The translations under genes and the position numbers were made by a program. A stretch of 64,000 bases of DNA from assembly GCA_032128875.1 (NCBI GenBank), contig JAVLKG010000001.1:96001-160000 (forward strand). The letters run 5' to 3'. This stretch comes from Candidatus Melainabacteria bacterium 17Bon1m. Its GTDB lineage: Bacteria; Cyanobacteriota; Vampirovibrionia; Obscuribacterales; Obscuribacteraceae. Below, one piece after another: positions 52,701 to 59,578 of the stretch. The notes below the pieces were generated by a model, which saw only the letters and a program-made list of their open reading frames with translations, was not told where the DNA came from and made no database searches. Position 1 is the first letter of the stretch. Every line of letters starts with the position of its first letter.

Positions 52701-55533
52701 GATCCGTGACCCTAATAACATTGACCTTGTCAGACAAGTTGTACAAGCGCATGCGTACTGGCGTCTCAAGGGGCTTGCCGTTGATCTCGTTATTTGGAAT
52801 GAAGATAAAGCGGGATATCGACAGCTGATTCAAGACCAGATCATGGGCTTGATCGCTGGTGGCGTTGAGGCTAGTCTGATAGACAGGCCCGGTGGAATAT
52901 TTGTCCGTCAAATTGAACAAATTTCGATTGAAGATCGTATTTTGTTGCAAACGGTCGCCCGCGCAATTATCAAAGACAGCAATGGAACTCTCCCTGAGCA
53001 GCTTAATCGGCGCAGTGTGCGGGAAGTTCGGATGCCGGCTCTAACTCCTGTGCGCACGCATCAGGCTGAAAGCAAATCTAGTGTTGTTCCGCAAAGAAGT
53101 GATTTGATATTTTTCAATGGTTTGGGAGGCTTTACTTCTGACGGTCGAGAATATGTAATTAGCACTGCGCACGGTCACGTGACTCCGTTGCCTTGGGTAA
53201 ATGTGCTGGCTAATCAGTTCTTCGGCTCCGTTGTCTCCGAGAACGGACTTTCTTATACCTGGCTTGAAAATGCCCATGAATTCCGACTCACTCCTTGGCA
53301 CAACGATCCAATCACAGATGAGTCAGGAGAAGCATTTTATGTCCGCGACGAAGAGACCGGTCACTTCTGGTCACCAACCCCGATGCCTGTGCGCGGTGCT
53401 ACTCCGTACACAACACGTCACGGTTTCGGGTACAGTGTATTCGAGCACACCGAGGGCGGTATCACAACGGAATTGTGTGTGTTCGTTGTCCTTGATGCGC
53501 CAGTGAAGATATCTGCACTTAAGGTCCGCAACAATTCGGGGCGTGCAAGAAAATTGTCTGCAACAGCCTATTTCGAATGGGTATTCGGTGATCTGCAACC
53601 TAAGACCGTCATGCATGTTAGCACCGAGATTGATACAAAGACTGGAGCCCTGTTCGCGCGTAATCCATATAACAGAGAATTCGGAGACCGGATCGCTTTT
53701 GTAGACGTCGACGACATCATGCGTTCTGTAACCGGGGATCGAGCGGAATTTCTTGGGCGCAACGGAAGTTTGCGCAATCCCGCAGCAATGAGTAAGCAAA
53801 AACTGTCGGGTCGAGTTGGCGCTGCACTTGACCCTTGTGGTGCTGTGCAGGTTGCATTCGATCTTCAAGACGGTGAAGAGAGAGAGATTATTTTCCGGCT
53901 TGGTATCGGACGCGACGAAAGCGATGCCAATAATTTGATCAATCGCTTTCGCGGCAGCAAAGCCAGAAACGATTCATACGAAGCGCTTTGCCAGTATTGG
54001 AAACACACTCTGGGCGCACTCAACGTGCAGACACCCGATCCTGCATTAAACATGCTGGCAAATGGCTGGTTGCTATACCAGACGATTGCCTGCCGCCTGT
54101 GGGCTCGAAGCGGCTACTATCAGTCCGGTGGTGCTTTTGGTTTTAGAGATCAGCTTCAAGATGCTATGGCACTAGTGCACACAGAACCATTGCTTTTGCG
54201 AAAGCAATTGCTCTTATGCGCTTCGCGCCAGTTCGTGGAAGGCGATGTTCAGCACTGGTGGCACCCTCCAACAGGACGTGGTGTTCGTACGCGTATTTCG
54301 GACGATTACCTCTGGCTGCCCCTGGCTGCTTGTCGCTATGTAATGATGACCGGTGACACAGGTGTTCTCGACGAGCAAACGCATTTTCTTACCGGCCGCC
54401 CAGTCAATCCTCAAGACGATTCCTATTATGATTTGCCGGGGCGTTCGCAAGAAACAGCGAGCCTTTATGAACACTGCCAGAAAGCCATCCTGAATGGCTT
54501 GAAGTTTGGTGTTCATGGTTTGCCGTTGATGGGAACAGGCGATTGGAACGACGGTATGAATCTCGTCGGCGAACACGGGGAGGGCGAGAGTGTTTGGTTA
54601 GGTTTCTTCCTTCATGAGGTTTTGCGAAGATTTGTTCAATTGGCACGTCTTCGGAAAGACGAAGCATTTGCGAGTCGCTGTGAAGCGGAAGCCGCGCAGT
54701 TGAGGCAACACATTGCAAAAAGTGGATGGGATGGGGAATGGTATCGTCGCGCCTATTTTGATGACGGAACACCACTAGGTTCTTCCACAAACCCTGAATG
54801 CAAAATCGATTCTATTTCGCAAAGCTGGTCAATCCTGTCCGGCGCTGGAGAAATTGAACGTTCTAAGAAGGGCATGCAATCTGCGTATCAGCATCTAGTT
54901 CGCCACGAAAGTTCTTTGATTCAACTTCTTGATCCACCCTTTGATAAATCTGAGTTGAATCCTGGCTACATCAAAGGCTATGTTCCTGGTGTTAGAGAAA
55001 ACGGCGGACAGTACACCCATGCAGCAATTTGGTTGACAATGGCGTTTGCTGCACTTGGAGATAGCAAACGAGCCTGGCAGCTGTTCTCGATGATAAATCC
55101 GGTAAACCATGCGCTCGATCCCAACAGTATGCAGACCTACAAAGTAGAACCATATGTGGTGGCGGCGGACGTCTATGCTGTTTCGCCGCATACTGGGCGA
55201 GGTGGGTGGACTTGGTACACAGGTTCAGCAAGCTGGATGTATCGCCTGATTATCGAATCAATCTTAGGTATCCGCCTGCAAGTTGACCAGCTTCGCTTTC
55301 AACCCTGTTTGCCGGAAGAATGGCCTGAATTTAAAATCCACTACCGCTATCGCGAGACTGTTTATCACATAACAGTGATTCATAGAGCTGACAACGAAAA
55401 GCATCAGACGGTTACACTGAATGATGTAGTCCAACCTGATGGCGCGATAAAACTGGTCGACGATCGACGCGAGCATCTTGTTGTCGTGAGTGTTGGTCGC
55501 AGCTCGGAACGTACTTTTTCACCAACAGCCTGA
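46786..55533 (+). CDS. ndvB: Cyclic beta-1,2-glucan synthase (GT84 plus GH94 phosphorylase domains)
   Basis: EWLLDNFYLIEEQ, WMGYERKRGK, SHDLLEG, RRHRWIRGDWQ, YQSGGAFGFRDQLQD, GDWNDG and RENGGQYTH; 2915 aa; start may be ATG 46822. Confidence 0.95.
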   Translation: MIEETLFTDRWWMKQVSLPIFALLEGGNRQEFSAEELPLRAELFSADQMEQHGRTLAGLHKVEFGRAPDQLLARLAENEQVLTYACNMLTEAVNDNRRITSAGEWLLDNFYLIEEQIRTAKRHLPKGYSRELPHLISGVSVGFPRVYDIALTNVSHGDGKLDPDSLDRFVASYQTVTELKIGELWAIPIMLRLALIENLRRVAVRMVIHMNEHLQAGIWADKMIDVATSDPKSLILVIADMARSNPPMVSAFVSELARKLQGQSSSLALGLTWMEQRLAEASTSIEQMVQAEAQIQAADQVSISNSIGSLRFLGAMDWRKFVEGQSVVEKTLLEDPSGDYGKMDFSTRDDYRHVVEKLSKKCRLSEKEIALAAVQLAKSNKNGDARSKHVGFYLIDKGLPELEKTVAVRFSLWDLCRQFGRRYSLISYLAPIFLITFAVTAALAYAAHAHGESKQFVAITAVVTFVSASQLAVSLVNWLATLLIPSKPLPKLDYSKGIPREERTLVIVPTMISSVSNIEDLVEALEVRFLANRDENLSYALLTDFLDADSESLPQDELLVKTITSKINELNQNYKSGPRDIFFLFHRPRLFNPASNVWMGYERKRGKLSALNSVLRGGSADCFSTIVGDYKSLVGTKFVITLDTDTQLPRDAARQFVGAMMHPLNRAHFDENRKLVTSGYGILQPRVGVCLPGTSLSRYAALQGNDPGIDPYTRAVSDVYQDVFYEGSFIGKGIYDVEIFEKTLSDRFPENCILSHDLLEGCYVRSGLLSDVQLYEEYPSGYSADVARRHRWIRGDWQIISWLGGDVPVLGKRRQKNPVSFLSQWKIFDNLRRSLVPSSLVTMLIVGWVSPSPSWIWTASALAILFIPSIVSSLLELVRKPEDVLWNQHIASALSSSARNLGQAMFNLACLPYEATYSLDAIFRTLFRMTVTKKHLLAWYPSSEANRKQRRDFVGIYSQMCSAPTIALGVLAYVIAQKPLDIVAVGPIVLLWMFSPAIAWWLSRPLAVSGSNLTDEQRIFLRKIARRTWAFFETFVTAEDHWLPPDNMQELPIHVVAHRTSPTNMGMSLLANLAAYDFGFIQSGELVERTYSTLVTMRALDSYRGHLYNWYDTITLKPLKPLYVSTVDSGNLAGHLITLKAGLLELFDEPVISVQVFSGLQDTLDVLKQTVGEKIVIPELTTFDDLLKTAKLDPPTTVTGLHEWFEQLQKCAEEITIRVGETPGTEIKHWVQALKRQVSAALMELTLLIPWTALPGLNTVSERIPQIEQTPTLRELSTIYDSLSPIIQKSCTSDRPMQELKCFAELLALLSEASRRAKERIGIISQLVMHVEELAQMEYDFLYDKSKRLLAIGYNADEKRVDASYYDLLASEARLCNFVAIAQGQLPQESWFALGRSLTTAGGKPVLFSWSGSMFEYLMPLLVMPNYKNTLLDQTYHASIERQIEYGNQRNVPWGISESGYFAVDAHLNYQYRAFGVPGLGLKRGLAQDLVIAPYATVLALMVVPDEACENLERLTSEGFAGSYGFYEAVDYTAARIPRGHSRAIIQSYMAHHQGMSFLSLAYTLLDQPMQRRFVSDPSFQSTLLLLQERIPKATAFHSQTAETAEVRFGSAADEAPVRFFSSPNTTVPEIQLLSNGRYHVMMTNAGGGYSRWKDLAITRWREDTTRDNWGTFCFIRDVSTGEFWSTAYQPTLKQPDRYEAIFSEARVEFRRRDFDFDTHTEIVVSSEDDIELRRVRITNRSRSRKTIDVTSYAEVVLANPNHDNAHPAFSNLFVQTELIDQGHAILCNRRPRSANEHQPWMFHLMSVHGATTGDVSRETDRAKFIGRGNSLSNPSAMNTPGLLSNTQGSVLDPVVSVRYQIVLDPEKSAIVDIVTGVADTRETCISLVEKYQDRGLADRVFDLAWTHSQVVLRQLNANEADGQLYARLANLVVYASSTLRADASVIIKNRRGQSDLWGYAISGDLPIVLLQIRDPNNIDLVRQVVQAHAYWRLKGLAVDLVIWNEDKAGYRQLIQDQIMGLIAGGVEASLIDRPGGIFVRQIEQISIEDRILLQTVARAIIKDSNGTLPEQLNRRSVREVRMPALTPVRTHQAESKSSVVPQRSDLIFFNGLGGFTSDGREYVISTAHGHVTPLPWVNVLANQFFGSVVSENGLSYTWLENAHEFRLTPWHNDPITDESGEAFYVRDEETGHFWSPTPMPVRGATPYTTRHGFGYSVFEHTEGGITTELCVFVVLDAPVKISALKVRNNSGRARKLSATAYFEWVFGDLQPKTVMHVSTEIDTKTGALFARNPYNREFGDRIAFVDVDDIMRSVTGDRAEFLGRNGSLRNPAAMSKQKLSGRVGAALDPCGAVQVAFDLQDGEEREIIFRLGIGRDESDANNLINRFRGSKARNDSYEALCQYWKHTLGALNVQTPDPALNMLANGWLLYQTIACRLWARSGYYQSGGAFGFRDQLQDAMALVHTEPLLLRKQLLLCASRQFVEGDVQHWWHPPTGRGVRTRISDDYLWLPLAACRYVMMTGDTGVLDEQTHFLTGRPVNPQDDSYYDLPGRSQETASLYEHCQKAILNGLKFGVHGLPLMGTGDWNDGMNLVGEHGEGESVWLGFFLHEVLRRFVQLARLRKDEAFASRCEAEAAQLRQHIAKSGWDGEWYRRAYFDDGTPLGSSTNPECKIDSISQSWSILSGAGEIERSKKGMQSAYQHLVRHESSLIQLLDPPFDKSELNPGYIKGYVPGVRENGGQYTHAAIWLTMAFAALGDSKRAWQLFSMINPVNHALDPNSMQTYKVEPYVVAADVYAVSPHTGRGGWTWYTGSASWMYRLIIESILGIRLQVDQLRFQPCLPEEWPEFKIHYRYRETVYHITVIHRADNEKHQTVTLNDVVQPDGAIKLVDDRREHLVVVSVGRSSERTFSPTA

Positions 55534-55624
55534 TTTCACTGGTTGTTGCTGCCGTAGATCCGATTGAATCCGCTGTCGTTGGAGTTTCTTAGCATTCGCC
55601 GGACCTAGCTAGTAAGCGTAGATG

Positions 55625-55658
55625 AATACCGGCGCAGAGTACTCCGGCCGGTATTTTT
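55625..55658 (+). terminator. Intrinsic terminator after ndvB, homologous to the terminator of the repeated unit
   Basis: AATACCGGC-GCAGAGTACTCCG-GCCGGTATT-TTT. Confidence 0.8.
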
Positions 55659-55804
55659 GATCTAGCGTTCAATTCGGACTGCTTTGGCGCAGGCGCGCAC
55701 GGTCAGTCGCAAAACGATAAATGTAGGAAATGGATTTTTCGGCGTAAGAAAGGCCTCAGTGCAGCTGCAATAACGCTCTTTCTAGTGGCTTCGGATTGTC
55801 CAGA

Positions 55805-55888
55805 TTAATGCAAGAAGCCGAACAACCACAGAAGGGCAATAATGCCGGTCGGAACGCCGCAAATCCACAAAATGAATGCCTTACCCAT
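55805..55888 (-). CDS. 27-aa single-helix membrane microprotein
   Basis: MGKAFILWICGVPTGIIALLWLFGFLH*, with GGAG...AGGA upstream; below the ORF-track length cutoff. Confidence 0.7.
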   Translation of the reverse strand: MGKAFILWICGVPTGIIALLWLFGFLH

Positions 55889-56053
55889 GATCCTATTTAC
55901 TCCAATTTTGTCAGTGATTTTCCGTACACCAGCGAGACTGGGCGCCTGTGGGAAAAGTTCCTTCTGAAAACCGGGAACCCTGGGAAGTCAGGATGGGCGG
56001 GGTATAGCGGTATCAGTAGCGGGGTATATCTAATCGATCTCGCGAACGTATAC

Positions 56054-56431
56054 GATCGGCGCTTTTGCTGACTCGCCTGTTGATCCGGCGCTTGTTAACA
56101 CAACACGTGCTGCGATCGCTATGTCCAAAGCGCATCTCGATAATGCCAAGAATGGGATCGTTAAATCATCTATGGGGTAGTTGAACGTATTCGCAAACGC
56201 GATAAACTAATTGCATAACCGGTGAGCACATCACTTAAGTGTTGAGTGCTTTGAGCCGAGGGGCTTTGCGGAAACACTAGATCGGCGTCGATCGGAAACC
56301 GTAGCAAGAAGCCCGCACCACGTGAAGGACTGACTGAAGCGTGATGAAATACTGAGCTCATTTGCAATGAGCAGTCAGGCAGTAGTAAGAATGTCACCGC
56401 AGAGCAATCTGGGTGGCATTTTTGTTTGTTT
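56054..56431 (+). repeat. ~370-bp dispersed unit, copy 4
   Basis: Collinear with the other copies; terminator stem carries compensatory changes. Confidence 0.97.
56215..56423 (+). ncRNA. Putative ~210-nt structured RNA, copy 4
   Basis: TTGAAC(56181)-16 nt-TAAACT(56203); terminator 56390-56423. Confidence 0.72.
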
Positions 56432-56447
56432 GCTTTTGGGAGGCGTC

Positions 56448-57362
56448 ATGGAAGTTGGTGTAATCGGGCTCGGCAGTATGGGTTTCGCGATAGCTTCGCA
56501 CATTCTGGTGGCAGGGCACGAAGTTACTGTCTACAACCGCACCGAGGAGAAAGCACATCCTTTAATGGAAGATGGCGCAATGTTCTCGCATGATCCTGCC
56601 GGTGCTGCGCAGGGAGACGTGGTCATCACGATGCTATCCGACGATCACGCTGTCGAGAGTGTGGTGTTTGGAACAACAGACGCTTCAGGTGGCACTCAGA
56701 ATGAAGCGGTCGACGGATTGCTAATGCATCAAGCTCCGGATTGTATACATGTTTCGATGAGCACCATCGGCGTTCAGCTGGTGAAACGGCTCGAGCGTGA
56801 GTACGCTGCTAAAGGAAAGCAATTTATTTCCGCGCCTGTGATGGGGCGTCCAGATGTCGCTGAGCGCGGAGAATTAGTTGTTATGGCATCTGGAAGCAAA
56901 GCTGCAATTGAGAAGTGTCAACCTGTGTTTGATGTAATTGGCAGAATTACTCACGTGGTTGGTGACAGCCCTGTGCAAGCTGCAACGATAAAGCTTGCAG
57001 CAAATTTTATGCTTAGCTCGATGATAGAGACACTCGGCGAGGCTTTCGCACTCGTGCGTAAGAATGGAGCGGACCATCACAAGTTCTTAGACATCATGGC
57101 GAAGGATTTTTTCAAATCACCCATATATGAAAAATACGGAGCAATTATTGCGCACGAAAAATTTGGTGGTGGTGCGTTCACCGTGAAGTTGCAAGAAAAG
57201 GATACGCGTTTAGCAGTTGCTGCGGCGATTGAATCGCAAGTTCCGATGCCGCTGTTATTTGCAATTGAAAACGCTTTTCTCAGTTCTATCGGACAAGGTA
57301 AAGGCGATATGGACCCTTGTGCTATTGCGCAACTTGCCGCCGAGAATGCCGGTTTGCGTTGA
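56448..57362 (+). CDS. NAD(P)-dependent 3-hydroxyisobutyrate/6-phosphogluconate dehydrogenase family oxidoreductase
   Basis: GVIGLGSMG, YNRT, SAPVMG and KLAANF motifs; GGAGG RBS before ATG 56448. Confidence 0.9.
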   Translation: MEVGVIGLGSMGFAIASHILVAGHEVTVYNRTEEKAHPLMEDGAMFSHDPAGAAQGDVVITMLSDDHAVESVVFGTTDASGGTQNEAVDGLLMHQAPDCIHVSMSTIGVQLVKRLEREYAAKGKQFISAPVMGRPDVAERGELVVMASGSKAAIEKCQPVFDVIGRITHVVGDSPVQAATIKLAANFMLSSMIETLGEAFALVRKNGADHHKFLDIMAKDFFKSPIYEKYGAIIAHEKFGGGAFTVKLQEKDTRLAVAAAIESQVPMPLLFAIENAFLSSIGQGKGDMDPCAIAQLAAENAGLR

Positions 57363-57412
57363 TTGTTTTCTTTGAATGCCTTTGATGTTTTTCTTTCAAG
57401 TAAAATCGATTT

Positions 57413-57793
57413 ATGCCCGGACCTAAAACAATCACGTTGTACAGACCTGTTGGCGCTAAAGAGTTAGAGCTCATCGCTGAAGCTAAATATTTGGCGTTTC
57501 CTCCTCGTCTCTTCTTCCAGCCTATTTTTTATCCTGTAATGAATGAAGAGTATGCGACGCAAATCGCGCGCGACTGGAACACCAAAGATGAGGCGTCTGG
57601 ATACGTTGGTTATGTGACCAAGTTCGAAGTTAGCAGCGAATACCTATCCAAATTCGAAGTTCAAGTCGTTGGTGCCGCGGATGTGCACCAAGAATATTGG
57701 ATTCCAGCCGAAGACTTGGAGAGTTTCAACAAAAATATTGTCGGCAAAATCGAAGTGATTTCGACGTTTGTTGGAGATAAAGCTAAGCAGTAA
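57413..57793 (+). CDS. Conserved hypothetical protein
   Basis: TLYRPVG..EL...FPPRL..QPIFYPV..EEYA.QIARDWN pattern, recalled as a widespread family of unknown function. Confidence 0.75.
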   Translation: MPGPKTITLYRPVGAKELELIAEAKYLAFPPRLFFQPIFYPVMNEEYATQIARDWNTKDEASGYVGYVTKFEVSSEYLSKFEVQVVGAADVHQEYWIPAEDLESFNKNIVGKIEVISTFVGDKAKQ

Positions 57794-57799
57794 TGATGT

Positions 57800-59578
57800 T
57801 TATTTTGCTGCCTTTTGCTCAAAATAAGGATTGGGAAGAATAGGTGCTTTCTCTGTATTCTTATCAGCCTTTTGTGTGTCCATTTCTTTGACGAGCACTG
57901 ATGGTGCGACGATACTAAGCGCATCTCCTTGTGAAGCTGTAGGCAAAAGGATCGGATATGCAGTTGCATTATCGCCAACTGCAACGATGTCGCGCAGAGT
58001 ATTCAAACCTACCCCGTTAAACGGCGTAATACGCGCAAGTGTTTCTGCGCCGGTTTCGACATCGACTTGATATACCAACGAAGCCGGAAGTAAATTAAAG
58101 CCTGCGTGTTTGCGCATTGAGCCCATCATGCCCATGATGATCGATTTGGGATCAAGTACTGAGGTAAAAAGGTTTTGCACACGTCTCACAACGAGCACTG
58201 ATTTGAGACCTTCCTGTTTCCCGAGTTCGCGCAGTTTTTTGTACAAGTCATCTTTGCTCAATGTGGTTTCAGACGTTACAAACAAATTTGTAGTGGTTGC
58301 ATTCCCATAGCGGGAGTGACCGTTGCTTTCCTTCACGTATCGACTGGGCGTTCTTGTTGAGCAGAATGTTTTGAGAATGCCTTTGTCAATAAGTGTGAGC
58401 TTTTGAGGCTTTACACCTTCGTGATCTATATTCATGCCACCAAAAAGTTTTGTACCTTTAAATTCGGTCGCTGCCGGATCGTCTATCACAGACATAAATG
58501 TTGGCAAAACACGCTGCCCCACCTTCTCTTTGAGAGGATTTGTGCTGCCCATCATTGCTGCTATGCCGCCGCCCAGTGGTTCGGTGGGATTGCCAAAGTT
58601 TTGTCCAATTGTCTGAGAGAAGAAGTCTCCTGCCGCTTCGTTCTCAAAGAGAATAGGACCTTCGTAGTCTTCGAGAAGTGGTGCCTTAATAGAATCTGTC
58701 AGCCGATTCCCCATTGCGCGAAGCTTCTTTTCCATCTCGGCAACGCTTGGCAAATCTTCTTCTGTACGACCTACGAAAACTTCGCTGTCGCAAACCACCG
58801 TGCCATCGTCGGCGCGAGCTGATGCTGTAACCATCAGGACATACTCTGGTCTTGCCGAGAATGTCTTTGTTCCTTCGCTATTGACGAACCAGCGATTGAG
58901 GGTGTCCAATCCGAACATAACAAATGACTGATCAATTTTCGGGTAGTCCTTATACACAGCAGAGAGCTGCCTTACGATGTTGCTCCATTTTGCCTCGTCG
59001 CACTGCACACGGACTGGAGATTCGAATAATGTAGTTGATTTTTCCTTGGAGAAATCCGCAGGACGATCCTTCACATTATTCTGCTGTAAGAACGCTTTCT
59101 TTGCTTCCAGCTTCTCAATTGCGCCTTTGTATGCGTCATCTGTTTCACTCCAAATTGATTGACGCAAAACCTTATAGTCATCGTCGACGGTAATTTCCTC
59201 ACCGTGCGATAACCTGCCGCCCATCAGCATTCCAAACAGACCGCCGTCTGAAAATCTTGTGTTGTCCAGGTCGTAATCGCCTACCCTCAGTTCGACGTTC
59301 AGGTCTCTGTCATGCTCAATATTTTTTGTATCGATTGCTCCAAATGAGCCTGCAATTCTCACGAGATCTTTGTCTTTTACTGTGTATGAAATGAAATATG
59401 GTGCTTCGTGCCCCTTTATCTTGAGCTCTTTCATGGAGCGGTCCATTTCGTCTTTCATCGCTTTGAAAATGACGTCGTCCTGTGCCAGCGCGCTATTCGA
59501 AGGCGCAGAGCTCATATAGGTCGAAAGCAATATCGACAGGATTGTGACTGGAACAGTTTTTCTTTTGAAGTTTTTCAT
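57800..59578 (-). CDS. TldD/PmbA-related protein, non-catalytic (TldE-like), with signal peptide
   Basis: YEGPILFE, VIDDP, EGV and SNGHSR; no HExxxH motif; overlaps the partner's stop. Confidence 0.8.
   Translation of the reverse strand: MKNFKRKTVPVTILSILLSTYMSSAPSNSALAQDDVIFKAMKDEMDRSMKELKIKGHEAPYFISYTVKDKDLVRIAGSFGAIDTKNIEHDRDLNVELRVGDYDLDNTRFSDGGLFGMLMGGRLSHGEEITVDDDYKVLRQSIWSETDDAYKGAIEKLEAKKAFLQQNNVKDRPADFSKEKSTTLFESPVRVQCDEAKWSNIVRQLSAVYKDYPKIDQSFVMFGLDTLNRWFVNSEGTKTFSARPEYVLMVTASARADDGTVVCDSEVFVGRTEEDLPSVAEMEKKLRAMGNRLTDSIKAPLLEDYEGPILFENEAAGDFFSQTIGQNFGNPTEPLGGGIAAMMGSTNPLKEKVGQRVLPTFMSVIDDPAATEFKGTKLFGGMNIDHEGVKPQKLTLIDKGILKTFCSTRTPSRYVKESNGHSRYGNATTTNLFVTSETTLSKDDLYKKLRELGKQEGLKSVLVVRRVQNLFTSVLDPKSIIMGMMGSMRKHAGFNLLPASLVYQVDVETGAETLARITPFNGVGLNTLRDIVAVGDNATAYPILLPTASQGDALSIVAPSVLVKEMDTQKADKNTEKAPILPNPYFEQKAAK

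Noticed and set aside
55796-56071. 91-aa plus-strand ORF
   Set aside because: It has no RBS or recognisable motif and overlaps a better-supported minus-strand microprotein.
44745-56397. Near-identical minus-strand ORFs (44745-44951, 46383-46589, 56170-56397; ...SVFHHASVSPSR...) as a protein family
   Set aside because: They are antisense shadows of the repeated unit. Copy 1 has a 1-nt insertion that breaks the frame, starts and ends differ, and substitutions follow base pairing rather than codons.
56367-56447. N-terminal extension of the dehydrogenase ORF
   Set aside because: It lies within the RNA terminator of copy 4; the GGAGG RBS supports ATG 56448.
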